A stretch of 64,000 bases of DNA from Macrostomum lignano (Eukaryota), in contig NIVC01000667.1 of the NCBI GenBank assembly GCA_002269645.1, positions 124,001-188,000 of the forward strand, written 5' to 3'. Position numbers and translations under genes: made by a program. The notes below the pieces were generated by a model. That model did not search any database. It saw nothing but the letters and a program-made list of their open reading frames with translations, and had not been told where the DNA came from. Within the stretch, counting starts at the first letter, position 1. Each line of letters begins with the position of its first letter. Shown here in pieces: positions 34,524 to 47,945 of the stretch.

Positions 34524-37481
34524 TAATGACAATAGCTATAGCTTTGCAAAGTTTCAAAGGACTGTGTTCCCTTTTTTAATAACAGTTTTTAAAGTTTATT
34601 TAGCTGAAACTGGTGTTGTGTAAATATATAAATATTGAAATTTCATTTTTGCATTTTGAAGCTAAACAAAACGTTTCACTTCCCTACAAAGGCTTCTGGG
34701 CCACCGAGGACACCTACAGGGAGCAGCCTGCAGTCGGCTTCAAGCGTCAGGCCATTCTTCAACTGCAGACCTCGCAGCAGCAGTACACCTGGAGCACCTA
34801 TCCCAACCTTAACAATCTGCAACAATCCAATCTGCTCTCGCCTGTACTTCGAATTCGCGAAGTTGACAGCAACCTTGACGGTCGAAACGACTTTTTGCAC
34901 CTGCAGATGGAGATTCCTCTGGCGGACACAGAGTCTGTTCAGTCTGTTGGTCTGATGCTCGTGTTCGACTACTGGATTGTTGTGAGTAGCTAGTTTAGCA
35001 TTTCTAATGAATGTATTGTTTTTTTGTTGCAGATTCTTGTAATTAACAAATCAGAGAGCAATCTAGCGTTCATTAGTACATGATGATATTTTCACAGTAA
35101 AATTAAATTTCGAAAATTAATATGCTCAGCGTTTAAAGTCGTTTATTAACAGCGCCGAAATAGGTCAAAAGCGTCAAAAGCCGATAGGTCAGATGGCGCT
35201 AAGATCAGTGTCATATGGCGCTAAAAATCAGTGTCATATGGCGCTAAAAATCAGTGTCAGATGGTGCCTAGATCAGTGTCAGATGGCGCTAACATCAGTA
35301 TCAAAATGGCGCCAAAATCAGGGTCTTAGCGCCAAAGTCAGTGTCAGATGGCACCAAAGTCAGCGTAAGATGGCGCCAAAATCTTAGAGTATCAGGTGGG
35401 TACTAGAAAAAATTATGTCAAAATGGCGCTAAACGAATCAGTGTGTTGAGTCGAGAAAGTTGTAGCTTAGATACAAACTAATTGATTCGGGAGTATAATG
35501 GATACAAAAAATTAAACAAAATTGAATCTAAGTTTTCACGATACTACTGTAAGCGCAAAGTTAAGATTTTTTATGCCGTCTTTTTGGCTGTTTTTTATTA
35601 TGAATATCCAAAAACCCTGCAGCGGATGTCAAACTTTCGCATGGAGTCGCTGGCCCTCATTAATTACGACTCGAGTCTGGCTGGCTCCACCCTCACTGTG
35701 AGCGGCGATCTGACTCTCAACCAGAAGGAGCTGCTTGGATACAAGGGCACCGATCAGAGATATGTTGTGAGCATTTTAGCATTTATTCCTGTGCTGTCTT
35801 TGAGGCCTAGAGAATTAAAATGTTGCATCCAAATTGTATACAGTAATCCTTAAATCAATTCTAAAGTCCTTCAGGGACTGAGCAGCTCCCCTAAGTCCTT
35901 CAGGGACTGAGCAGCTCCCCTAAGTCCTTCAGGGACTGAGCAGCTCCCCCAAGTCCTTCAGGGACTGAGTAGCTCCCCCAAGTCCTTCAGGGACTGAGCA
36001 GCTCCCCCAAGTCCTTCAGGGACTGAGCAGCTCCCCCAAGTCCTTCAGGGACTGAGTAGCTCCCCCAAGTCCTTCAGGGACTGAGCAGCTCCCCCCAAGA
36101 CCTTCGGGGACTGAGCAGCTCCCCTTAAGTCCTTCAGGGACTGAGCAACTCCCCCCAAGTCCTTCAAGGACTGAGCAGCTCCCCCCAAGTCCTTCAGGGA
36201 CTGAGCAACTCCCCCCAAGACCTTCGGGGACTGAGCAGCTCCCCCAAGTCCTTCAGGGACTGGGCAGCTCCCCCAAGTCCTTCAAGGACTGAGCAGCTCC
36301 CCCAAGTCCTTCAGGGACTGAGCAGCTCCCCCAAGTCCTTCAGGGACTGAGCAGCTCCCCCAAGTCCTTCCGGGACTGAGCAGCTCCCCCAAGTCCTTCA
36401 GGGACTGAGCAACTCCCCCCAAGACCTTCGGGAACTGAGCAGCTCCCCCCAAGTCATTCAAGGACTGAGCAGCTCCCCCCAAGTCCTTCAGGGACTGAGC
36501 AACTCCCCCCAAGACCTTCGGGGACTGAGCAGCTCCCCAAGTCCTTCCGGGACTGAGCAGCTCCCCCAAGTCCTTCAGGGACTGAGCAGCTCCCCCAAGA
36601 CCTTCGGGGACTGAGCAGCTCCCCCCAAGACCTTCGGGGACTGAGCAGCTCCCCCAAGTCCTTCAGGGACTGAGCAACTCCCCCCAAGTCATTCAAGGAC
36701 TGAGCAGCTCCCCCCAAGTCCTTCAGGGACTGAGCAACTCCCCCCAAGACCTTCGGGGACTGAGCAGCTCCCCCAAGTCCTTCCGGGACTGAGCAGCTCC
36801 CCCAAGTCCTTCAGGGACTGAGCAGCTCCCCCAAGACCTTCGGGGACTGAGCAGCTCCCCTTAAGTCCTTCAGGGACTGAGCAACTCCCCCCCAAGTCCT
36901 TCAGGGACTGAGCAACTCCCCCCCAAGTCCTTCAGGAACTGAGCAAACAACTTCTTATCCTTATCTAGTCACACTAATCGGTCTAATCCCTACAGCTTGT
37001 CCTCCATAGCTTGATCCCTTGCCCCTTTTCACTCATTTCATTTCAGACCCCAGTCGTGAACTCATCCAGCATGGTCGCTTCGGACTACAAATTGTCTACC
37101 ATTTTTGCCAAATACCAGAAACGAAACAGTAAGTGTCCTACGTTTATAACCGAATAAAAATATATTGAAAATTACGCTTAACTATTGTATATTTTATAAC
37201 CCATTCCAGTCACTACCAGCTTTGAAAACGCACTTTACTCGTGGGAGACCGGCAGACCTGCCGGGGAGCCGTTTAAGATTAATGCTACAATATTTTATAC
37301 CACGCCATTAATTAGCTACCGGCCGGGCTTCTGGTACGCGCTAAAATGGGCCTGGGTTCAGTACGTGTCAGTGATGCTAATTTTCCTATTCATTGTCGAT
37401 CGAGTCAAAGTGTTCGTCTTCGAGAATCAAATCGTGCCCTCAGTGGTTCAGAGGCCGCATTTCGACTGCAAGAGAATATAA
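33470..37481 (+). CDS. TMEM231: Transmembrane protein 231 (ciliary transition zone, MKS module), 5 exons, 306 aa
   Basis: Exons 33470-33602, 34692-34981, 35623-35766, 37047-37128 and 37210-37481. All are GT-AG and phase-consistent, totalling 921 nt. Motifs: [26 protein letters not shown]...[57 protein letters not shown]. Confidence 0.95.
34479..34520. repeat. (AAT)n microsatellite in TMEM231 intron 1
   Basis: About 14 triplets. Confidence 0.95.
35175..35400. repeat. Degenerate ~22-23-bp repeat (GATGGCGCTAAAATCAGTGTCA)n in TMEM231 intron 2
   Basis: Recurring ATGGCGC/CAGTGTCA cores. Confidence 0.75.
35864..36945. repeat. 29-30-bp minisatellite (AAGTCCTTCAGGGACTGAGCAGCTCCCCC)n in TMEM231 intron 3
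   Basis: Tandem units with a variable C-run. Confidence 0.97.
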
Positions 37482-38451
37482 AATTAAAACTTTTATTGCA
37501 TGCCACACGCTTAAAGTTGTAAAATCTCTGGCCTTACTGACCCTCTCTGACCATGCTCGCTTCTGATTGGCTGGCGCCAACTTTCAACACCCACCCCCTC
37601 TAACTGGATTGTACACCGATTTTTTTCTTACCCTCTAACTTGACGCCTATTGGACGAATGAATTATCTAGGAAAAAAGAATTCTCTTAGTCTTGCACTTT
37701 TAGCTTGTCTGATGATGAATTTCATCAACGCTGTGACCTTGTTTACGCCTCATGTCAGCTGACACATCACGGAGAAATGCTAGATAAACAAAATGTTATT
37801 ACACCATAATCCTTGTCCGCCTCTTGCTGGTATCAAGAAGGTATAATGAATGTACTTGTGAATTTATTGATCCTTCTGTTGTACAATTAACTCCTGTATA
37901 AAAATTAATACTACTACTTTCTTACTGGCCTATTTATTGTAAAAATCTACTGCAAGCCTTTAAAAGTTATGAATTTTTAAGTAGCTAAATAAAGTTTACC
38001 TATAAGTAAGACACATATGGGTTACTAATCTGCATTCCTAATTACCTTGTCTGCTTTTTGTACTTTTTAAATATAATATATCTGATACCACTGCGTAATT
38101 TTAGTTCCTATCACAATTAATTTATTTTTCAAAATTATTAATAGTAAAGTTTATTGTCAAAGTATCTAATATTTTTTCACTATTATTTTTAATTGACCCA
38201 AACGAGAAATTTAAATGTGCTGCTGCGCTTCTTGGCTGGTGAGTATACTCAGTTGCTCATCTGAGAACTGCCTGGAGTTGAACTGCAGACTGACGCTGAG
38301 CGATTGAAGGGTCGAGGCGGAGGCATATCTTTGTACAATCGAATGTGACTCAGACACGCCTGCAGTCATTCGAGCAGAAGCAGAGCCGCAGGTTGAGCTC
38401 ACTTTACAGGCAGAAGGCCTGCTAGAGGCCTGCAGTGTCTTTACATGTAGC

Positions 38452-39450
<999 letters not shown>

Positions 39451-40240
39451 GTCTTTTCTTTAGGTTTATTAATAGGAAATTCGCCTCATTTCTACTAATA
39501 AGAACTGTACGCATCATTCGTATATATTTACATCACGAAGCAGCAAAGCACATCAAGAATGAATATTCATATTGAATAAAACCCGCGAAAATATCAGTTT
39601 TAAAAGCACTGCAGAAAATACGGTTAAACACTGCCATCTGTTCCGTGAATATGAATATTTTTTTCATCTTCAATCGGAACAGGCTTTAGTTTCAAGCCCC
39701 AACAGAGCAATAGCTTATGGTGATAAGTAATTTTAATAATATTGCATACACCTGGAATATGGACTGGCAGGACTGAGCAATGGAGCAATTCTGACATCAT
39801 TTGCTGATTAATGAGTGGATACGCTCGTATAACATCGAACGTAAATGGCGCTTGAGATATGTTTACCATACATAAATGAAAGCATGTAATGTACCCAGAA
39901 TGTACATGACATCACGAGCTACTGTAATTGATAGCAAATTGCACACAGCTGAGGCTAATATAATCGCAAAAATGTTTGTATTGTTGCAAATTCTACGCGT
40001 AAAGTGAAATAAACGAACATGAAAAAATTAGATTATTTCTACAGTATTTCTAGGAAACCGTGTCTGTGTGTTTCCTAGAAAAAGGTGCTATTCGATCATG
40101 GCTCTCCAGATCACAGCCTTACCTGAGCGGTTAAAGACAGCAAAAACCTCAAACTTTTGACCCATGAGTCCCAATTTTTCCTCTTCATTGATCCCATACG
40201 ATGCGGCTCTTATCGATTTCAAAGCAAAATTGGCCAAACG

Positions 40241-40834
40241 TCACCCTTTGCCGTTGCTCCCTGCATCCTCCTTCGATCCGTTCAGCACTTCGCCGATCTC
40301 CTTCAGCGCCGCGATCGAGTCACCGATGTTTCCGTGAAGTTCCGACATGCCAGAGCCGCCATTGGTCATAACAGCCTTTGACGCGGTCAGAATACCTTTG
40401 AGATGGTGCGCAAACCTGTTGATCACCTCCTCCAGTCGCAATCGGAGCTGTCTCGCGTGCAGAGCGTCGTGCAGCAGGATGGCCGTCTGGTTCAGCTTGA
40501 AGCCCCGCGACACCGCATTCTTGCTCAGAGCGCCTACCACAAGGCTGGCCTGTCCTGAGTACAGCGCCCCGGACAGGTCCTGGCACATCGCCTCGTAGAT
40601 CCGAGAACTCGTAGCGATTTTCTCCGCAAAAAAGGTCAGAGCCTCTCGGTCGGCTCGAGTCAAATTGCCAAATCGACCAGACTGATCGGCTGTCGCTGCT
40701 CCGTTGCCAGTAGCAACCGTTGTAGCGTTTAGAGCGTCGTTCATTGAGCTCATTCGCATGTAGAGGCTGGTGTTGCAGCTGCCGTAGTCTCCGTTGCTTG
40801 ATGCGTGCTTCTGCTGCTGCTGTTGTTGTTGTTG

Positions 40835-40869
<35 letters not shown>

Positions 40870-43800
40870 TCAACGGAGGGAACAGCAGCGTAGCGTTGGC
40901 TTGCACAGTGGTCGACAGAGCTCGTTGTTGGATTTGGAGTTCGCGTAGAGCGCTGACTGAGATGCCCAGGTAGTCCGTGGCAACTGCGGCGGCTGCTGAG
41001 GCGACGGCTTTGGCCGACCAGCTGATTCTGTGAAGCGTTTGAAAGGTAAAATTCAGATCCTTGTCTATATTATAATTATCTGTGACACGTGAATACTTCC
41101 TTGACTAGAACAAGGTCACATCCTTGACTAGAACAAAGTCACATCCTTGACTAGAACAAGGTCACATCCTTGCCTAGAACAAGTTACATTCTTGACTAGA
41201 ACAAGGTCACATCCTTGCCTAGAACAAGTTACATTCTTGACTAGAACAAGGTCACATCCTTGCCTAGAACAAGTTACATTCTTGACTAGAACAAGGTCAC
41301 ATCCTTGACTAGAACAAGTTACATTCTTGACTAGAACAAGGTCACATCCTTGACTAGAACAAGTTACATTCTTGACTAAAACAAAGACACATCCTTGACT
41401 AAAACAAGGTTACATCTTTGCCTAGAACAAGTTACATTCTTGACTAGAACAAGTTACATCCTTGACTAAAACAAGGTCACATCCTTGACTAGAACAAGTT
41501 AAATCCTTGACTAGAACACGGTTACATCCTTGACTAAAACAAAGACACATCCTTGACTAAAACAAGGTCACATCCTTGACTAAAACAAGGTCACATCCTT
41601 GACTAAAACAAGGTCACATCCTTGCCTAGAACAAGTTACATTCTTGACTAGAACAAGGTCACATCCTTGACTAGAACAAGTTACATCCTTGACTAGAACA
41701 AGGTCACATCCTTGCCCAGAACAAGTTACATCCTTGACTAGAACAAAGTCACATCCTTGACTAGAACAAGGTCGCATCCTTGACTAAAACAAGTTACATC
41801 CTTGACTAGAACACGGTTACATCCTTGACTAAAACAAAGACACATCCTTGACTAAAACAAGGTCACATCCTTGAATAAAACAAGGTCACATCCTTGACTA
41901 AAACAATGGTCACATCCTTGACTAAAACAAGGTTAAATATTTGCCTAGAACAAGCTACATCCTTGACTAGAACAAGTTACGCGTACATCCTTGATTCAAA
42001 CAAGGTTACATCCTTGTCTGCAACATGTTACACATTACAACGGGTCTGTCTACATCTCAAAACCCAACCATAGGTTGAATCACACAAACAGCCACAGCAT
42101 CCCACCTGTCCAGCTGAGCAACGCTCTCCCCCAGCTCCGCCTGGCTCTGCTCCATCGCTCTCAGGTGTTTCCACAGCTTCCTGGCCAGCGCTCTGTCAGG
42201 ACAGCTTTCCAGTCGGGAGTTGTTCAACACGCCGTAAAAGAAGTCCACCAGCTGGTCCAAGAAGCCCCGAGCCTCCCTCAGCGTCAATCGGATCCCAGCG
42301 GCGTTCAAAGCCAAGGAGGCTTCGGTCTTCCAGCGGCTGTGCACGAAGCGGTACATCCGGGCGCAGCGCTCGCCGAAGTCGCGCTCGAGGTCGCGCAGCA
42401 GTCGAATCGCGTCCGCCTGATCCAGCTGGATTCGACACTCGGGCCGGAACTGGATGTCCTCGGAGGCCACGGAGTCCAGGCTCGTCGGCGTGTGGCTTCT
42501 GGCGTCTCTAGACTGTCTCTGACGCTTTTCAACGTCATCCTGGTGCCGCTGCTGCGCCGACTCCAGACTGCCCGGTGCCAGCAGGCTGTCCAGGAACTCC
42601 TTGGTGATAGTGTGCTTCGATCCGGACGCGTCCTGAGTCGGCGGCGGCAGGACCCGATCGCGGAGGTTCTGGTAGTCGCTTCTGGATGACTTCGGCGGCG
42701 GCGGCGGGGGTGGCGGAGGCAGCTGCGGCTGTTGCTTCTGCCGCAGCGAGATCTCCTCTGATGACGTTGGCGAAGGATCCACGACGATGGCGCTTGGAAC
42801 GTCTGGCAGCTCGTCGTAGGTATCGGAGATCTGCCGCTTCAGCCTCTCCGGATCATCGTAGGGCTCTGGGTCGTCAACGATAGGCTTCTCGGAGGGACGC
42901 TTGAGCACCTCGGCGTAGATCGGCTGCTGCTGCTGATCGTCAAACCTCACCGATTTTCCGCCGCCAGATGTCGCCGCTGGGGCTGCTGCGGCCGATTGCC
43001 TCGGCAGTGGCGGCGCTGGCGTTGGCGCGGTCGCTGGAGCAGCTGCTGACGTGGCCGACGAAGTTGAAATCCCGCTGGATCGTCTGGAGGCTGCCGTGGC
43101 CGCCGCCGCCATCGCCGCCGCAGCAGCAGCCGCCGCGTCCTGAGGTCCGGAGAGGCGAACCAGGCTATCGGGAGTGTCGTAGAAGTCCCAGCTGCTGCCG
43201 CGCTGGTGCTGCAGCTCTGCCGAGTTTCTCGGTGGCAGCTCCGGCCCGGAGACCGCCTTCGGCGGCAGGCGGGGCTTCTCAGGAGCCTGTGAGATGGAAG
43301 AGCGAGAGAGTCGCTGTGGAGACGTCTGGGAGCTCCAAGCTTGCTTGCACTCTACACTCTTTCCTTGTCTGCCCCACTCTCCCTTGTCTCCCCCACTCTC
43401 CCTTGTCTACCCCACCCTCCCTTGTCTCCCCCACTCTCCCTTGTCTCCCCCACCCTCCCTTGTCTCCCCCACTCTCCCTTGTCTCCCCCACCCTCCCTTG
43501 TCTCCCCCACTCTCCCTTGTCTCCCCCACTCTCCCTTGTCTACCCCACCCTCCCTTGTCTGCCTCACCCTCCCATGTCTACTCCACTCTCTCCTTGTCTA
43601 CCCCACTCTTTCTTGTCTCCCCCACTCTCTCTCGTCTACCCCACTCTTTCATTGTCTCCCCCACAATCTCCTTGTCTCCCCCACCCTCCCTTGTCTACCC
43701 CACCCTCCCATATCTACCCCACCCTCCCATGTCTACTCCACTCTCCTTTGTCTCCCCCCACTCTGTTTCTCATCTCCCTATACTATTCCTCTAGTCCCTG

Positions 43801-45719
43801 TCCCTCAATCGCCCCCCAGTCACTAATCGCGCACCTCCAGCACTCCAATGAGTTGCAGGCGGTTGCCAGGCGCGATGCCATTCCTGCCCCTGTAGCTGCA
43901 GAGCCACCAGCCATCCAGGCCCACAGGCCGCTGGTCCAGCACTGTTAAAATGGCGCCCTTCTTGAAGTCCAGCTCGCTGTCATAGCTCGATCTGTTGTCG
44001 TACATGGCTCTGGCCAGGGTGGCCTGTTGTGATTTGGGAGGGCCTCGCCTTTGTTTGATCTGTCTTTGTGGATACGATATGTAATATAATGGAGAGAGCG
44101 GAGGAGAGAAGGAGAGAGCGGGAGAGAAAGGGAGTGCGGGCGAGAGAAGGAGAGAGCGGAGGAGAGAAGGAGAGAGTGAAGGAGAGAAGGAGAAAGTGGA
44201 GGAGAGATGGAGAGAGCGGAGGAGAGAAGGAGAGAGTGGAGGGCAGAAGGAGAGAGTGGAGGAGAGATGGAGAGAGCGGAGGAGAGAAGGAGAGATTGGA
44301 GGGGAGAAGAAGAGAGTGGAGGAGAGAAGGAGAAAGTGGAGGAGAGATGGAGAGAGCGGAGGAGAGAAGGAGAGAGCGGAGGAGAGAAGGAGAGAGCGGA
44401 GGAGAGAATGAGAGAGTGGAGGGCAGAAGGAGAGAGTGGAGGAGAGAATGAGAGAGCGGAGGAGAGAAGGAGAGAGTGGAGGGCAGAAGGAGAGAGTGGA
44501 GGAGAGATGGAGAGAGCGGAGGAGAGAAGGAGAGAGTGGAGGAGAGAAGGAGAGAGCGGAGGAGAGAATGAGAGAGTGGAGGGCAGAAGGAGAAAGTGGA
44601 GGAGAGATGGAGAGAGCGGAGGAGAGAAGGAGAGAGTGGAGGGCAGAAGGAGAGAGTGGAGGAGAGATGGAGAGAGCGGAGGAGAGAAGGAGAGATTGGA
44701 GGGGAGAAGAAGAGAGTGGAGGAGAGAAGGAGAAAGTGGAGGAGAGATGGAGAGAGCGGAGGAGAGAAGGAGAGAGCGGAGGAGAGAAGGAGAGATTGGA
44801 GGGGAGAAGAAGAGAGTGGAGGAGAGAAGGAGAAAGTGGAGGAGAGATGGAGAGAGCGGAGGAGAGATGGAGAGAGAGGAGGAGAGAAGGAGAGAGAGGA
44901 GGAGAGAAGGAGAGAGCGGAGGAGAGAATGAGAGAGCGAAGGAGAGAAGAAGAGAGAGGAGGAGAGAAGGAGAGAGCGGAGGAGAGAAGGAGAGAGCGGA
45001 GAGAGAAGGAGAGAGCGGAGAGAGAAGGAGAGAGCGGAGGAGAGAATGAGAGAGCGAAGGAGAGAAGAAGAGAGAGGAGGAGAGAAGGAGAGAGCGGAGG
45101 AGAGAATGAGAGAGCGAAGGAGAGAAGAAGAGAGAGGAGGAGAGAAGGAGAGAGCGGAGGAGAGAAGGAGAGAGCGGAGAGAGAAGGAGAGAGCGGAGAG
45201 AGAAGGAGAGAGCGGAGGAGAGAATGAGAGAGCGAAGGAGAGAAGAAGAGAGAGGAGGAGAGAAGGAGAGAGCGGAGGAGAGAAGGAGAGAGCGGAGAGA
45301 GAAGGAGAGAGCGGAGAGAGAAGGAGAGAGTGGAGGAGAGAAGGAGAGAGCGGAGGAGAGAATGAGAGAGTGGAGGAGAGAAGGAGAGAGCGGAGGAGAG
45401 AATGAGAGAGCGAAGGAGAGAAGAAGAGAGAGGAGGAGAGAAGGAAAGAGCGGAGGAGAGAAGGAGAGAGCGGAGAGAGAAGGAGAGAGCGGAGAGAGAA
45501 GGAGAGAGTGGAGGAGAGAAGGAGAGAGCGGAGGAGAGAATGAGAGAGCGGAGAGAGAAGGAGAGAGTGGAGGAGAGAAGGAGAGAGCGGAGGAGAGAAT
45601 GAGAGAGCGGAGGAGAGAAGGAGAGAGTGGAGAGAGAGCAGAGTTCAGCAGTAGAGTCAGGGAGCCAACAGTTGAGACGAGCTGCTGATAGAATCCGGTC
45701 TTACCTGAGCTTTAAACAT
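40241..45719 (-). CDS. BCAR1: p130Cas/BCAR1-NEDD9 family adhesion adaptor, 4 exons, 723 aa
   Basis: Exons 45719-45705 (MFKAQ|GTAAGA), 44023-43835, 43286-42106 and 41027-40241. They are phase-consistent and total 2172 nt. Domains: N-terminal SH3 (LARAMYDN...ELDFKKG.ILTVLDQ...GLDGWWLCS..GR.GIAPGNRL), YDTP/YDDP motifs, a serine-rich helical bundle ending VQANATLLF, and a C-terminal FAT-like helical domain. Confidence 0.9.
41099..42015. repeat. 22/23-bp minisatellite (TTGACTAGAACAAGGTCACATCC)n, partly a 45-bp dimer, in Cas intron 3
   Basis: Alternating 23-bp and 22-bp units. Confidence 0.95.
43365..43765. repeat. 19-bp pyrimidine-rich minisatellite (CCCCCACTCTCCCTTGTCT)n in Cas intron 2
   Basis: Tandem units; ORFs show 19-aa periodicity. 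Confidence 0.94.
44090..45640. repeat. 20-bp polypurine minisatellite (GGAGGAGAGAAGGAGAGAGC)n in Cas intron 1
   Basis: About 1.55 kb, nearly all A/G on the + strand. The E/R/G-rich ORFs are artefacts. Confidence 0.96.
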
Positions 45720-46249
45720 GGAACCGCCTCCATCGCTAATGTGTAATTCTGGTCTGGTAGCTCTCATTAGAAAAGCGAATCAATAAAGCAACTCATTTAA
45801 ACAGTCAAAACAACAAATTATTTTTCTGGTTCTCATTTTACAGGAATTATTTTCTTACAATTTCAGATGTGTCTATTGTACAGCTTAACCCAGATTTGCC
45901 CTGTCCGCTCTCAAGTGCAGCGAAGAAGAATTACAGATATTTGAATGAAATCTACGCAGAATGTTGCAAAAAAAGAGAAGAGCTGCGTTGAAAAAAACGC
46001 AGCAAAAAACTGCTTTTTTGAGGCCCAGAAAGTGTTGCAGCCTGTGCACAGCTTGTTGATAACAGACTCGCTATCTGTAACTCATTGCTCTGGTTGAGCA
46101 CTGTGTCAAGTTGACCGCAGAATACTTGTATCTGTCGTTCAAAGTTGCCAGGATTTTAAGCTTTATTTCAACTTGATTTACCTCTTTAGTCACCAGATTT
46201 TTGAGCACTTTTCTTTAGCAGTAGTTTTGTTCAAATCGTACTCGGATTT

Positions 46250-46560
46250 AGGGATATTAAAATTGGGATTTAGGGACATCATGATGGGATTAAGGGACAT
46301 TAAAATGGGATTTAGGGACATTAAAATGTGATTCAGCGACATTAAAATGGGATTTAGGGACATTAAAATGGGATTTAAGGACATTAAAATGGGATTTAGG
46401 GACATTAAAATGGGATTTAGGGACATTAAAATGGGATTTAGGGACATTAAAATGGGATTTAGGGACATTAAAATGGGATTTAGGGACATTAAAATGGGAT
46501 TTAGGGACATTAAAATGTGATTAAGGGACATAAAAAGGGATTTAGGGACATTAAAATGGG
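46250..46560. repeat. 21-bp minisatellite (GGGACATTAAAATGGGATTTA)n
   Basis: Tandem units visible; the MSLNPIL ORF is an artefact. Confidence 0.94.
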
Positions 46561-46860
46561 AAATAGGGACTCTGATATGGGATTTGGGATAATCAAAATG
46601 GGGCTTAGAGACAACAAAATCGGATTCAGGGACTCTGATATTTTTTTATTTCGGGACTTCTATTAAGTATTGATTATGACTCATGCAAATGGAATCTGAA
46701 GTCTGTTAAATAGATATCAGCTTGCGCGTTATGGGAAAGTACATACTGACACTTATTTTAACATTTACTGACACTTATTTTCGAAATTTACTGACACTTC
46801 CGGCGCTTTCGGCTACACATTTTTTTCTGCAAAGTCTGTTGCTTTTGTGAAGCAAAACGT

Positions 46861-47132
46861 CTACCCCCACTATCTCATTGTCTCCGCCGCTCTTCCCTTG
46901 TCTCCCCCACTCTTCCCTTGTCTCCCCAACTCCTCCCTTGTCTCCCCAACTCCTCCCTTGTCTCCCCAACTCTTCCCTTGTCTCCCCAACTCCTCCCTTG
47001 TCTCCCCCACTCTCCCTTGTCTCCCCCACTCTCCCTTGTCTCCCCCACTCTCCCTTGTCTCCCCCACTCTCCCTTGTCTCCCCCACTCTCCCTTGTCTCC
47101 CCCACTCTCCCTTGTCTCCCCCACTTTTTCCC
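46861..47132. repeat. Second copy of the 19-bp (CCCCCACTCTCCCTTGTCT)n array, flanked by a 33-bp direct repeat
   Basis: Same unit and orientation as 43365-43765. Flanks 46828-46860 and 47133-47165 are 30/33 identical. Confidence 0.92.
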
Positions 47133-47710
47133 TGCAAATTCTGTTGCTTCTGTGAAGCGAAACGTTGATTTAAACACGAGAAAACCTTTTTCTACATTCT
47201 TTAGTCAGCTCAGCCATTAAGCAAGAGATTTTACAGCCTAAAAACTACGTTGTAAATCTTATTCGTGGCAGCAGAACTGATCACCTAAAAGCAGCAAAAT
47301 CTGAAGCCAGATGCGTTTTGTTTAATTTTTTGCCAAACAGCAGCAGAAGTCAAAACCCAAACCCAAAACGCAGAAAGGATTAAGCTTGTATTGAATGACT
47401 CACAAGGGCTTAGAAAAATATGCAAAATAAATATGAAGAAAGTTTAGCCTGATGGATGAATCAGCCATGGGTGCGAATCCAGCAACTCGAACACCGTACA
47501 CCCCAGCCAGCACCACTCACCCACAAGCCCCCTTGTCCTTGGTCTGCTTGGGTTGGGGCTGATGGGATAGAGGGGGTTAGAAATACCGTATGACAGGGCG
47601 GGGGTCCATCTCCATGGACTGTTAAACTTTATATAGAATCTTGGATTAGAAGATCCAGTGGTCTGTCAGTGATCTGTCAATTCAAGGATTAGTTGAAGGT
47701 CACTACTAGT

Positions 47711-47945
47711 CAGAGAGGCTACTGTGGTGTCAGAGAGGCTACTGTGGTGTCAGAGAGGCTACTGTGGTGTCAGAGAGGCTACTGTGGTGTCAGAGAGGCT
47801 ACTGAGGTGTCAGAGAGGCTACTGAGGTGTCAGAGAGGCTACTGTAGTGTCAGAGAGGCTACTGTAGTGTCAGAGAGGCTACTGTAGTGTCAGAGAGGCT
47901 ACTGAGGTGTCAGAGAGGCTACTGAGGTGTCAGAGAGGCTACTGT
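47711..47945. repeat. 20-bp minisatellite (CAGAGAGGCTACTGTGGTGT)n
   Basis: Tandem units visible. Confidence 0.94.

Noticed and set aside
38211-38430. GC-richer island with possible minus-strand terminal exon (ACLSHIRLYKDMPPPRPF...) or the listed 63-aa ORF
   Set aside because: No phase-consistent upstream partner, since Cas already ends at 40241, and no recognisable motif.
44068-45688. Multiple E/R/G-rich ORFs
   Set aside because: A stop-free purine repeat inside Cas intron 1.
47446-47481. A-box-like TAGCCTGATGG and B-box-like GGTGCGAATCC (tRNA or SINE head)
   Set aside because: Box spacing is too short, the B box is mismatched, and no cloverleaf forms.
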